From positions 186,001-250,000 of IMG/VR virus record IMGVR_UViG_3300036770_004723: a stretch of DNA of 64,000 nt, one strand, 5' to 3'. Positions within the stretch are counted from its first letter, which is position 1. Each line of letters starts with the position of its first letter. Below are positions 7,555 to 17,444 of this stretch, one piece after another. The notes beneath the pieces were generated by a model that had not been told where the DNA came from, searched no databases, and was given only the letters and a program-made list of their open reading frames with translations. The translations under genes were made by a program, and so were the position numbers.

Positions 7555-9843
7555 ATGACCATTAAAAAACGAGGCAAAAAACTGCCAATCGTTGTATATG
7601 GCAAGTCTGAGTCAGATGCTACTGGGTTGTACTCTGCTGTCGCTTCAGGCGATGGCGTCGTTTCACTTAGTAATGGTGTTCAATCAATTTTAACCCATGA
7701 AAGTTTAAGCGAAGCATTGTACAATCCTATGACAGGTCAAATCGATCTGGAAGAAGATGTAGAAATGACTGCAATGGCAAGCACAGCGCAACCATTAACA
7801 GGTACTGTTAGTATTTTCAGTGCAGAATGTTCTGATGGGTGCGGTAATCATATTATCAGCGACATCAATTTATCTTTCTGTCCTTCATGTTCCGCAGACC
7901 TTCCTGAAGATGAAGAAGAATCTGAAGTTGATTTAGTTGACGAAGAAGATTCAGATCTTGACGAAGAAGATTCAGACATCGACGACGATTCAGACATCGA
8001 CGACGATTCAGACATCGACGAAGATTTAGACATCGACGAAGATTTAGAATCTGAATCTAATGAAAGTATGATTGTTGTTGCAGCGGATTCATTGGCTGAA
8101 GCGGTAGCTCAGTTTCGCCAAGTAGCCAGCCAACAAGATCGTAAAATTTTTGCATCTGAGTCTGGTTCATTTGTTTCGCATTCAAATTCTGAAGTGAATT
8201 ACGATCCAATCACCAGCGATTTTGCGGAAGAAGTTGAAGGCGATGTTACTATTGTCAGCGAATCTTCTACATCCGATGAAATCGAAGCAGATCATTTAGT
8301 TTGTTCTGGTTGTAACGCACACCACATCAGTACAAGTTCTGCAATTGTAAATTGTATTCGTTGTGGTGAAGGCTTAATCGAATCCGAAAGTGCTGATCTT
8401 GATGAAGATGACTCCGAATCTGAATTGGCTTCTTTAGCTTCTGAAATTGAAGAATTAGAAGCTGAATTAGACCTCGATGAAGATGAAGATTTTGATCTGG
8501 ATGACGACGATCTAGAATCAGAATCTAGTGATGAAGACGATCTTGATATTGATTCTTTGCTATCTGAAGCTAGCGATCTTCTTGAAGAGTTTGAGGACAT
8601 CGAATTTAATTCTGAATCCTCAGATGATCTGGATGAAGATTTAAGCGATTATGATATGGATCAAGAAGAAGACCTTGATGCAGATGATTTGCTTGAATCC
8701 GAATCTTTTGCTGAAGGTAACGAATTTGGATCTTGTTCATCAGATGACGAAGATATTGATTTAGATATTCTAGATGAAGAAATTTCAGCTTTGGATTCTG
8801 ACGACTTGGAATCTGAAAGTGCCGATTTTGAACTGGATGAAGATTTAATTGATCTGCTTTCTGAGTCAAGTGACGACGAAGACGAAGACGAAGACGAAGA
8901 AGATTTTAGCCTCGAAGATTTAGATACAGATATGCCGGAAGACGAAGACGAAGACGAAGACGATTCTGACATTGAAGGCTTCGACATTGAAGATAGCTTA
9001 GATGAAAAAGAAATGGCGTCTGAATCTATGTCTTTCGATGTAGATCTACTGAAAGCATTATCTGCTACTGAAGATCTGGATGTTAAAAAATTCCATGTTG
9101 CTCACTGTGGTAGTATTGAAGGCCAGTCCACTTGGACAGCATTCTACGGTAAATTCCCAGTAGCCATGTGTTCAGAATCTAACGTCAACGAAAACACGGC
9201 ACTGAAAAATATTTTCGAAAGCGCTAAATTCGGTGAAGCGGTTAAGGCACATGCTAATGCTTCAGGTATTGACGATGCACTTACACAATTCAAGTTTGAA
9301 AGAATTAATCCTGAACTTGAAGTCGATGCAATTGTATCACAAGAACTGGTTTCACAATGTGAAGCTCGTGTGAATGAAGCAAATGAAGCATTGAATGCTG
9401 CGTTGGCCGGTGTAGATGCTGCTAAAGATCAGGAAGTTGAACAACAACTTGATCGTGTTATGGAAGCACTGTCTGCAAGTTCATTAGGTATCAACCGTGG
9501 CGTATTTGTAGGATCTTCAAATCCAATTGCAATGCGTCTAATTTCGGCATTAAGTGCTGCTGGTATTAATCCAGACAACGCAGCTGATTTAGTAAATGAT
9601 GCTTTCACTCAAGCTGGTGATACTTATGCAGAACAACTGTTAAGTCATGCACGTAGCTTGTTGGAAAAACCTGAAGATGTTGCTCAAGCAGTAATCGAAC
9701 AAATTGTTGCTACCGCTAATAATCGCATTGTTATTCCAAAAACACATGTTGAAGTAAGTGACAAGAAAACTCAGCCGATGCAATCTGAATCTTCTTCAAA
9801 AGCTTCAGCTTCTAATCACTTCCTTGCTATCCTTGAAAATTAA
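7555..9843 (+). CDS. Acidic prohead scaffold/core protein with two Zn-ribbon-like units
   Basis: Two genes upstream of the MCP; extreme D/E content; 14 SES motifs; two four-Cys clusters. Confidence 0.65.
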   Translation: MTIKKRGKKLPIVVYGKSESDATGLYSAVASGDGVVSLSNGVQSILTHESLSEALYNPMTGQIDLEEDVEMTAMASTAQPLTGTVSIFSAECSDGCGNHIISDINLSFCPSCSADLPEDEEESEVDLVDEEDSDLDEEDSDIDDDSDIDDDSDIDEDLDIDEDLESESNESMIVVAADSLAEAVAQFRQVASQQDRKIFASESGSFVSHSNSEVNYDPITSDFAEEVEGDVTIVSESSTSDEIEADHLVCSGCNAHHISTSSAIVNCIRCGEGLIESESADLDEDDSESELASLASEIEELEAELDLDEDEDFDLDDDDLESESSDEDDLDIDSLLSEASDLLEEFEDIEFNSESSDDLDEDLSDYDMDQEEDLDADDLLESESFAEGNEFGSCSSDDEDIDLDILDEEISALDSDDLESESADFELDEDLIDLLSESSDDEDEDEDEEDFSLEDLDTDMPEDEDEDEDDSDIEGFDIEDSLDEKEMASESMSFDVDLLKALSATEDLDVKKFHVAHCGSIEGQSTWTAFYGKFPVAMCSESNVNENTALKNIFESAKFGEAVKAHANASGIDDALTQFKFERINPELEVDAIVSQELVSQCEARVNEANEALNAALAGVDAAKDQEVEQQLDRVMEALSASSLGINRGVFVGSSNPIAMRLISALSAAGINPDNAADLVNDAFTQAGDTYAEQLLSHARSLLEKPEDVAQAVIEQIVATANNRIVIPKTHVEVSDKKTQPMQSESSSKASASNHFLAILEN
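7939..8052 (+). repeat. In-frame 18/21-bp tandem repeats encoding DDDSDI/DEDLDI units
   Basis: GACGACGATTCAGACATC-like units repeated within the scaffold CDS. Confidence 0.85.
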
Positions 9844-9861
9844 GTTCAATCGGAGAATACT

Positions 9862-10554
9862 ATGTTAACTATTAACAGTCGTTACTTTAAAAGTGTAGAC
9901 CGTACAATGCTTGAAGGTTCTGATGTAAAAGGTGACGGTCAGATCTTAGTTCTTGTAAATGAAAACGGTGTAACTTGTGCCCGTCCATCTACAGGTGTAG
10001 GTAAAGAAATTTTTGGCGGTATTTTGATTAGTTCTCAATTACCGCAAACCCACGGTTCAAACGTTGAAGAATTTAAAATCACAAGTTCTTCAGTTCGTTT
10101 AGCCCGTAAACCTGAATCAAGTCAGTTACTGGTACGTGTGGACGGCAGTAAGAAAACAGTTACTACCGGAACAGCTGCACCTGTTGATGCAACTAAAGTA
10201 ACATTGACACCTAACGGTGAATTAATGTTCCACGCTGACCACTTGAATAAAGCAGGTTTCGTTCAATATCACTATGAATTAACTGCAAGTGAAGCCCGTG
10301 CTTTAACCGGCGATTATTTCGCAGGCGTACACAATACACCAGTATATTCTACAGGCGTTGCGGCTGCCGGTGTTGAAGGTACGTACCAAACAGATATGTT
10401 CGATGCTTCAGCAGATTGGTCGGGTATCATTCACCCATTTATTGGTGCTGATGGCCGTTTTGCTGCTGACGGTGATACAGAATTAACTAACGTAAAAATC
10501 ATGGAATCACCTAACTCAGGTTCTCCATTCTTGACTGTTGAAGTCGGCAATTAA
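9862..10554 (+). CDS. Virion structural protein (head decoration/minor capsid-like)
   Basis: Lies between scaffold and MCP; beta-rich and Gly-rich; SD GGAGA. Confidence 0.55.
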   Translation: MLTINSRYFKSVDRTMLEGSDVKGDGQILVLVNENGVTCARPSTGVGKEIFGGILISSQLPQTHGSNVEEFKITSSSVRLARKPESSQLLVRVDGSKKTVTTGTAAPVDATKVTLTPNGELMFHADHLNKAGFVQYHYELTASEARALTGDYFAGVHNTPVYSTGVAAAGVEGTYQTDMFDASADWSGIIHPFIGADGRFAADGDTELTNVKIMESPNSGSPFLTVEVGN

Positions 10555-10595
10555 TTTTAATTTTCCAATTCTGAAATTCGCTGGAGCATAAAAGT

Positions 10596-11684
10596 ATGAG
10601 TAATTTAGTCAAAGGTAAAACTTTCAGTCTGCGTAACGGCGCACCGGTGACAGATCTGAAATTCAAAGGCAGCAACATGACTGCTCTTTCAAGTAACGGT
10701 GAAGTGAACGCAAATGACAATCGCGATCTGATGCACAAAATCGGCCAGCTGTTACAGTCTGTATCATCTGGTGAAATTGTTCAACAAAATGTAGGTGCAT
10801 TTGCTTCTTTATCAAATTCAGATAAAGTAAATTTGATCGCTGTTGCAAATTCTGATAAAGATAAATGGGCTGCTTTAGGTGCATCTATCGCACAAGAAGT
10901 ACGTGAACAGCAAACTCGTCAAGGTTTTTTACGCAGCATGACTGTTGTTGAAAACATGAAACAAGGCGAAGTAATGCGAGTTCCTATGCCTAAGCATGGC
11001 GGACGCGCTATTGTTGCAACTGGCCCAACTGCATTGCAGTATCAGTTAATTAATGATCGTTACTTTACACCTAGCCCGTTTGAATTAAAAGCTTCGGTAC
11101 GTGTAAGTAAGTTAGAAATGGTGCAGGCAACGCACGATTTATTAGACCATGCTTACAATGAAGCTGTTGAAGGTATGGTAACTGCCGGTGATCGTATTTG
11201 GAAAAGCGCTGCTGATCGTACTGTTGGTAAATCAAACAATTTGGTTGGTTTTAGCGGTGCTTTAACTCCGGCAGTTATTTCTCGTGCTGCTTCACGAATT
11301 CGTGAATGGAATCTTCCTGTATCTCGTGCAGTTATTGCTGCAAGTTTTTGGGAAGATATCCAATCTGAAAGTTCATGGGCAACTGCACTGACTCCAGTGT
11401 CACAGTACGAATTACTGTTAACTGGTAAGATTGCAACTATCTTCGGTCTGGATCTGATGACTGATGGTTTCCGTCCTGAAAACCAACGTGTGTTGACACG
11501 TAACGATGCTTATATTGTTGCTGATTCTGAATATCACGCTACTATGGGTTCGTTTGGTGGTATTGAAAGTACTCCAACTGATGGCTCCAACAACGGTGAA
11601 ACTACCAAAGGTTGGTTACTGTCTGAAGTAATGTCTTTCGTTATTCCTAACACACGTTCAGTTATCAAACTGCAACGTATCTAA
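10596..11684 (+). CDS. Major capsid protein
   Basis: 362 aa; position after scaffold and decoration genes; HK97-like features (GKIATIFGLDLMTD, GWLLSE near C-terminus); SD GGAG; followed by a terminator. Confidence 0.8.
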   Translation: MSNLVKGKTFSLRNGAPVTDLKFKGSNMTALSSNGEVNANDNRDLMHKIGQLLQSVSSGEIVQQNVGAFASLSNSDKVNLIAVANSDKDKWAALGASIAQEVREQQTRQGFLRSMTVVENMKQGEVMRVPMPKHGGRAIVATGPTALQYQLINDRYFTPSPFELKASVRVSKLEMVQATHDLLDHAYNEAVEGMVTAGDRIWKSAADRTVGKSNNLVGFSGALTPAVISRAASRIREWNLPVSRAVIAASFWEDIQSESSWATALTPVSQYELLLTGKIATIFGLDLMTDGFRPENQRVLTRNDAYIVADSEYHATMGSFGGIESTPTDGSNNGETTKGWLLSEVMSFVIPNTRSVIKLQRI

Positions 11685-11797
11685 TGATTAAAATGTCGGC
11701 TTAAATTAAAAATCCTTATTACTCTCCCTTAATATCGCCGACTAAGTACTGAGCTAGAAAAACTCTCACTTTCTAATTAAACTCGGTAAATTAATCA
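11685..11797 (+). ncRNA. Structured 3'-UTR element (three-way junction with twin C-rich loops)
   Basis: TGATTAA/TTAATCA closing stem; GTCGGC/GCCGAC and TACTGAG/CTCGGTA arms; loops ACTCTCCCTT and ACTCTCACTT. Confidence 0.45.
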
Positions 11798-11798
11798 C

Positions 11799-11842
11799 AA
11801 GAACCCGTATCGAGATATTCTTGGTACGGGTTTTCTTGTTTA
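11799..11842 (+). terminator. Intrinsic terminator after the MCP
   Basis: AAGAACCCGTA...TACGGGTTTTCTTGTTT. Confidence 0.8.
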
Positions 11843-11853
11843 AGGATCTTATA

Positions 11854-12534
11854 ATGGAAATTCAAAACTATATACTTGCGGATGATGCAGACTACGATCA
11901 ATTTTCAGGTACTTTAGTAGGTATATCTGTAATAACTGCTAAATTAAAGCAGTTGTTTAAATTTAAACATATTCCATTAGTATTAAATGATAACTGGCAA
12001 GGTGCATTAACGAAAGCTTATGGTATTGCAGATAATATTGAAAAAAAATTGCCGGATCCTTATTGCTATCTAAAAGTAAGTTCTTTTGGTGTTCGTGACG
12101 ACGCACATAACTTAAACCAGTCTATGCGGAATGGTACTGGATTTAATACACGAGGATCTGATACTGGTGATTTAAGTAATGCCTTACTTGATATGCAGTA
12201 TTTTGCTTGGGCCAAAGTTAACATAGAGCTTTGTGTTGGTTTCAGAAATCCAATTGCTTTTTTTGCTTTCTGCGAAAAATTGAGTATTGCTATACGCGCA
12301 CGTAGATTAAGTGCGTCCGCAAATTTTGATGGAAACGTTTTTGATGTATATGCAGATCCACAGCAAAGCGAAATATCTCCAACTATGATGACAACCGATG
12401 ATGCAACTACTGCTGGTTGGTTAACGTTAAATCATGCCCTTACCGTACACACCCAATTCGGTACATCTATCGCAGTCGCTAAACTTAATAATGAAGGAAT
12501 TATAACTAACAATGTAGAGGTGATCCGTGAATAA
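11854..12534 (+). CDS. Putative neck/tail-completion protein
   Basis: Between MCP and sheath; start moved to ATG 11854 after AAGGA. Confidence 0.45.
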   Translation: MEIQNYILADDADYDQFSGTLVGISVITAKLKQLFKFKHIPLVLNDNWQGALTKAYGIADNIEKKLPDPYCYLKVSSFGVRDDAHNLNQSMRNGTGFNTRGSDTGDLSNALLDMQYFAWAKVNIELCVGFRNPIAFFAFCEKLSIAIRARRLSASANFDGNVFDVYADPQQSEISPTMMTTDDATTAGWLTLNHALTVHTQFGTSIAVAKLNNEGIITNNVEVIRE

Positions 12535-12919
12535 AAATTCAAGAATATCTCAATTGAGACAAACAGGAAGAACCTTAACCACGTCCTTTGCTGTTGTATC
12601 TACAACTATAAACACAAAAGATACTAAAATTCGAGGGGACGACAGTGTTAGAATAACCGTAAGCGATAGACTAGTAGAGCAAGAAATTGCCTTATCTGTT
12701 TCAACTGAATTTGAGTTACCTATAAATTGCGTTAGTAAAATACTGGCTATAACTTCTGCACATAAATTTAAAATATTTTACAGAGCTGTTGAAACACAAG
12801 ACTATATATTTTTTGCGGTCTGCGATAAACAGTTTTTATTTAATGGTGCCTTACTCGGTCAATTTAAGATTGTAGGTGAGTACGATATTGAAACCTTAAT
12901 CAAAATTATTTACGCTTAG
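12527..12919 (+). CDS. Hypothetical structural-region protein
   Basis: ORF with GAGG SD, overlapping the previous stop. Confidence 0.55.
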   Translation: MNKNSRISQLRQTGRTLTTSFAVVSTTINTKDTKIRGDDSVRITVSDRLVEQEIALSVSTEFELPINCVSKILAITSAHKFKIFYRAVETQDYIFFAVCDKQFLFNGALLGQFKIVGEYDIETLIKIIYA

Positions 12920-12977
12920 TAAGAATGTCTCTAATTTATACTAGAGACTGAAAAAACGCTTTTTAGGAGCAAAACAC

Positions 12978-14597
12978 ATGATAGCGCCCAACAATCCAAG
13001 CGCTGGTGTCTATACATCTGAAATAGTTATTCCTGAACGTAGTACATCAACTTCTGTATCAACAGGTGTTATTGTAACTGCTGCTACACGCGGCAGAGTT
13101 ATGGAAAGAACGTTTTTAGGTGATAAAGGCGATCTGCGTAATAAATTCGGACCTAAAGTACCAAAACTTACTAAAGCACTTAATTGTGCTGAGCATTTTT
13201 TGAAAGAAAGTAATTCTCTTTATTTGACTCGTGTGGCAAGAAATGCCTTATATGCAGGACTGCTTGTTCGCACGTCTTCGAATTTTGCTACAACAGTTAA
13301 AATAAGTTCAGGTGTAGTTGATCCTAATGTAGTAGGCATGACTGAAGCAGATATCATGTTTATATACGCGGATAACCAAGGTAAATGGGGCAACGATGTT
13401 TATGTTGTACTTTATCCTGACACCACAGATGTAGATGGACATCAATTTATTTTAGAGGTATATGAAGGAATTTCTACAGTGCCTGTAGAAAGATACTCAT
13501 GTACTTCCTTCTATAAAAAAAGTGATAATGGTTCGCAGCTTTTTGTGGATGATGTTGTCAATTCTAAATCAACACGTATCAAAGTAAGATCAAACCAAAA
13601 TCATTTTGCTTTCGGTAGTAATTCTACTCCATTATTGATCAATGCTATTATAGGTGGTCCTTATGATAGAACAACTGGAAAATACAACGGCCAGTTATTT
13701 GGCGGTACTGATGGAGACCCTATTACAGTAGGCGATTTGATTCGTGGTTGGGATTTATATGCTGACTATGAAAAAGTTGATATTGATATTTTAATGTCAG
13801 CTGGCTATACCGATTTAGCTATAATGCACAAAATGAATGACATCGCTGCACAGCGTTTAGATTGTATTGCTGTATTTGATGCACCTGAAAGTTTAACAGG
13901 TGCAAGTGAGTTAGTAAATTTCAGACGTAATATCTTGAACATGAATAGTAGTAGTTCTGCTATTTATACACCACACGTTAAAGCTTTTGATAGTGATAAT
14001 AGCTTAAGTTACTTCGTACCTCCGTCTGGTATGGTTGGTGGTGTTTTTGCAAAAACTACAGAAATCGCAAGATCTTGGTTTGCACCTGCTGGCTTAAATC
14101 GAGCTATTTTAACAGATGTTCAAGAGTTAGCTGCTTATTATGATCAAGGTGATCGTAATATGCTTACACAAAATCAGATAAACTTCATCATTGAAAAGTC
14201 TGGCCAAGGTAATGTGATTTGGTTAGCAGATACTTTGTACGGTGGAGGCGGCGCAATGCAAGATATCGGTGTACGTCGATTACTTGCAATATTGCACCGT
14301 ATTGTACGTAGAGCGCAGTTAAGATCGATTTTTCAACCTAACGACGACTTTTTACGTAGACAGATCAGAGATGAAATGGTTGCCTTATTAGATCCTATAC
14401 AACGTGATCGTGGCCTAGATTGGTACGATGTTGTATGCTCTAAACAAAATAATTCAAATGACGGAATTGCGAACGGAGATTTAGTTTGCGATGTTTATCT
14501 TGATCCTACACGTTATACAAAACGTATTCACTTAAATGCTATCATTCCTAAGAAAGGTCAGATTTCATTTGCTGAAACTATAGGAGATAGACCTTAA
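12978..14597 (+). CDS. Contractile tail sheath protein
   Basis: AGVYTSE N-terminus; PPSG..GVFA; WFAPAGLNRA; VRRLL; FQPND; gp18-like motifs. Confidence 0.93.
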   Translation: MIAPNNPSAGVYTSEIVIPERSTSTSVSTGVIVTAATRGRVMERTFLGDKGDLRNKFGPKVPKLTKALNCAEHFLKESNSLYLTRVARNALYAGLLVRTSSNFATTVKISSGVVDPNVVGMTEADIMFIYADNQGKWGNDVYVVLYPDTTDVDGHQFILEVYEGISTVPVERYSCTSFYKKSDNGSQLFVDDVVNSKSTRIKVRSNQNHFAFGSNSTPLLINAIIGGPYDRTTGKYNGQLFGGTDGDPITVGDLIRGWDLYADYEKVDIDILMSAGYTDLAIMHKMNDIAAQRLDCIAVFDAPESLTGASELVNFRRNILNMNSSSSAIYTPHVKAFDSDNSLSYFVPPSGMVGGVFAKTTEIARSWFAPAGLNRAILTDVQELAAYYDQGDRNMLTQNQINFIIEKSGQGNVIWLADTLYGGGGAMQDIGVRRLLAILHRIVRRAQLRSIFQPNDDFLRRQIRDEMVALLDPIQRDRGLDWYDVVCSKQNNSNDGIANGDLVCDVYLDPTRYTKRIHLNAIIPKKGQISFAETIGDRP

Positions 14598-14902
14598 TGG
14601 CCAAGAACACTGAAATTTTAGATTTACCTATTAGATTAAAAAATCTATTGGAGATCGGTAAAAAATCAGAGCAAGCTTATTCACAATATATTCTAAAGGC
14701 CACCAAAAAACCTTTAACCAATGTTCAAAAATCAAGAATGATGGTACATACTAAAAGGATTGGTGAGATTGTCTTGGAATTAAATGAATTTGTTAAAAGT
14801 CAAGGCTACAGTATTTCAGGTCTTGATCTACTTCTAATTTCAGGTGAGTATGTTAAAATTTCTTCATCTGGATCTTATAAAACAATTTATGTTCTGAGGT
14901 AA
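14597..14902 (+). CDS. Hypothetical protein
   Basis: ORF coupled to the sheath stop codon. Confidence 0.55.
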   Translation: MAKNTEILDLPIRLKNLLEIGKKSEQAYSQYILKATKKPLTNVQKSRMMVHTKRIGEIVLELNEFVKSQGYSISGLDLLLISGEYVKISSSGSYKTIYVLR

Positions 14903-14905
14903 ACC

Positions 14906-15457
14906 ATGTCTAAGGTTACACTTAATGAAATGACAAGCATTGGAGATCCTTTGCTTTCTGATGCGTTTGAAATAATTATCCCTAATTTGCCTGCTGGCAT
15001 TAACAGTCAAGGTGGTAGATATTTCAGATTACAATGTAAAACATTTACAAAGCCAGGTGCTACACTTGAAGAAGTATTGCAAGAAGCCTATGGCCATACT
15101 TTAAGATTTGCAGGTAAGAAAACTTTCAGCGGATCTATTAGCGCTGAATTTAACGAAAACAGTCAATTGAGAATGTACACCATTCTTGAAGACTGGGTTA
15201 ACGTTACTCGATCTACAGAGTTTCAGCTAGGTCTATTTAAAAGTGAATACTCTGTTACTGCCACAATCAACATCTTTGATCAAAAAGGCGCGATCAAATA
15301 CGCAGGTGAGTTGCGTGGCTTCTTCCCTAAAGGGCTTCAGGATATAACTTTTGATGGTACAGCAGCAGCAGTACCAGTTAACTGTGATTTTAGTTACGAT
15401 TATTTCTATCGTACAATTCCAGCTACTGTGAATCCTTCAGGCGTACCAGCCTCTTAA
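14906..15457 (+). CDS. Tail tube protein (T4 gp19-like)
   Basis: Follows the sheath; FAGKKTFSG, GFFPK and FSYDYF motifs; 183 aa. Confidence 0.85.
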   Translation: MSKVTLNEMTSIGDPLLSDAFEIIIPNLPAGINSQGGRYFRLQCKTFTKPGATLEEVLQEAYGHTLRFAGKKTFSGSISAEFNENSQLRMYTILEDWVNVTRSTEFQLGLFKSEYSVTATINIFDQKGAIKYAGELRGFFPKGLQDITFDGTAAAVPVNCDFSYDYFYRTIPATVNPSGVPAS

Positions 15458-15464
15458 TATTACT

Positions 15465-15492
15465 AATTGGGGCTTCAATTGAAGCCCCAATT
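15465..15492. terminator. Perfect 28-bp palindrome, likely terminator
   Basis: AATTGGGGCTTCAATTGAAGCCCCAATT. Confidence 0.7.
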
Positions 15493-15512
15493 TCATTCAG
15501 GGAACACACATT

Positions 15513-15854
15513 ATGAAACGTGTTGCTTTTAATCTGGAAAGTAAATCAGTTGACTACAAAGATATTAATAGTACTACTCCAGTTTTAAAATTTCGACGGC
15601 CAAAACGACGAATGAAGCTCAGAGTAAAAAGACCTAAACCTAATACAACAATAGGAATACTACGTAAAAAACTGGCCAGCATTAGAAGTAAAATAGTTAA
15701 ACGTTTAGATGACACTAAATTCAGATTAGGCAATAAAGCTTTATTACCTAAAAAGAAAATGGAAGCAAATAAGTTTTACAATCAGTATAAAACATTAAAG
15801 ATGCGACTAGATAAATTGCAGTCTATAAAGAAAAATCCACAAAAATTAATGTGA
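15513..15854 (+). CDS. Very basic protein with LESKS leader
   Basis: MKRVAFNLESKSV; R/K-rich. Confidence 0.6.
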   Translation: MKRVAFNLESKSVDYKDINSTTPVLKFRRPKRRMKLRVKRPKPNTTIGILRKKLASIRSKIVKRLDDTKFRLGNKALLPKKKMEANKFYNQYKTLKMRLDKLQSIKKNPQKLM

Positions 15855-15864
15855 GAACACTATT

Positions 15865-16512
15865 ATGCTGATTTCTATAAGCGTTACACCTAGTTATGCT
15901 TGGTATAGCTATGTGTTAAAACGCAAATTAAGCTACGGTAATGCACACAAAGAATATGTTCTGGAGTTAAATGAAGGTGATATATTCGGTGTCCGTAAGG
16001 CAGGACGTGTCTTTTATTTAATTGTTAAAGACTATACTGACATAGTTTTTAAGCTGACTACAGAAGAAGCAGAAGACCTTATAAAAAAATGTAAAGGTTG
16101 GTCAGGAAAGATTGATAAAAAAATAGTTTCAGCTGGAATTGGAGGCAAAGATTTAAGAGTAAGGCCGTCTGTAGCAGAAACTAAAATCAAAGCCCCTAGA
16201 ACATCAGGAAATAGTGGTGAAAATAAAGAGTTGACTGCTACTCTAAAGAAACTGCGTATTAAAGGTATAGCAGACATAAAATTCTTACATAAAGAATCTT
16301 TTTTACCTAATGAAATAACTTATTACTACGATATAACATCTTTATACAACGCTTACGCTATATCAAAGCGTTTTGACTCTAAGCCTAAAACTTGGGGAGA
16401 TGCTATAGAGGAAATGATTGAAAAATTAATTTCTAACCTTGATGTGGAGTGTGGTACTGTAAATTACTTAGGTAAGCCTACTAAATTAATGTCGGTATTA
16501 GTGTTGGAGTAA
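15865..16512 (+). CDS. Putative head protein (SxS leader) sharing a domain with 31621..34428
   Basis: MLISISV; YAWYSY..HKEY..GDIFGVR..FYL domain. Confidence 0.6.
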   Translation: MLISISVTPSYAWYSYVLKRKLSYGNAHKEYVLELNEGDIFGVRKAGRVFYLIVKDYTDIVFKLTTEEAEDLIKKCKGWSGKIDKKIVSAGIGGKDLRVRPSVAETKIKAPRTSGNSGENKELTATLKKLRIKGIADIKFLHKESFLPNEITYYYDITSLYNAYAISKRFDSKPKTWGDAIEEMIEKLISNLDVECGTVNYLGKPTKLMSVLVLE

Positions 16513-16517
16513 TTTTT

Positions 16518-16913
16518 ATGTTAGTATTTGTTACAGGCACTCATGTAGGTATGCGGAATGGTAAATTTTATTTGTCCGTAAATAAAGTTATCAGTAGATT
16601 AGATAATGTTAAAATCCCTAGAGTATTAGCAGAGCAACTTTATAAGATTTCAAAACATTCTCAAGTAGATGCTTGGAAAAAAGAAGCTGCTTTTATGTTA
16701 TGTTGTTTAAGTGGAGATAATGGCACTTTAATGAACGAGTTTAGAAATAACCGTGACAATATTATTGAAGTTATTTCCATGCGTTTTGATGCGACTGTTA
16801 ATAGAAAAGTTAATAACAAAGCAAATAATTTTAAAAAATTAAGCCTATCCAAGATCTTTGAAGAAGGCGCTAAAGAAATGGTTTATAGTTATTTTCCTTT
16901 TGAGGTAGATTAA
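16518..16913 (+). CDS. Hypothetical protein
   Basis: ORF with GGAG SD inside the operon. Confidence 0.55.
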   Translation: MLVFVTGTHVGMRNGKFYLSVNKVISRLDNVKIPRVLAEQLYKISKHSQVDAWKKEAAFMLCCLSGDNGTLMNEFRNNRDNIIEVISMRFDATVNRKVNNKANNFKKLSLSKIFEEGAKEMVYSYFPFEVD

Positions 16914-17432
16914 ATGTCTATATCCATTGACAAGTTAATTGATGAACGTAGTGGAGATCGTGAACCTTTATTGAGTTTCTTTTGGTTACTACAAAAATTC
17001 CCTATGATAGGTGGGTATACATTACCTAGCAGTTATTGTTTATCCCTGACTTTGCCTTTTCCTGCTTTTAATACCCAGCAAAAAGAATTAGCTGGTACAA
17101 CAATTACATTCCCAGGTAATACAAGCATAGATAGTTTTGAAATGACTTTATATGTTGATAGTGTTGCAAGCTCTATAGTATACATTCAAGATTGGCAATC
17201 GCTTATACAAAATCCTTTAACAGGTGGCTATAGGACACCTTCACATTATTGGAAAGACTTAAACGTAAATTTACACAACACTAAAGGTAAAACAACTGTA
17301 GAGTCAAGTATAAAAAATGTGTGGCCTATTTCTATATCTTCACCTCAATTAAACCAAGACACAAATAACATGGAAGCTAACGTACAATTTGCATGTACTG
17401 CTCAAATTTTTAAACCTACAAAAAGAATATAA
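16914..17432 (+). CDS. Tail-tube-like baseplate/tube initiator protein (gp54-like)
   Basis: Tube fold motifs TFPG, DWQSLI, NVWPISI. Confidence 0.6.
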   Translation: MSISIDKLIDERSGDREPLLSFFWLLQKFPMIGGYTLPSSYCLSLTLPFPAFNTQQKELAGTTITFPGNTSIDSFEMTLYVDSVASSIVYIQDWQSLIQNPLTGGYRTPSHYWKDLNVNLHNTKGKTTVESSIKNVWPISISSPQLNQDTNNMEANVQFACTAQIFKPTKRI

Positions 17433-17444
17433 GGTAAATAATGT

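Noticed and set aside
7939-8052. Short direct repeats as a possible CRISPR array
   Set aside because: In-frame tandem coding repeats without unique spacers
7848-8987. Poly-Ser ORFs on the minus strand
   Set aside because: They are antisense shadows of the GAY/GAR-rich acidic scaffold codons; no SD, wholly nested
16914-17432. MSISID as a head leader
   Set aside because: No basic/hydrophobic strand before the motif; the protein is tail-tube-like
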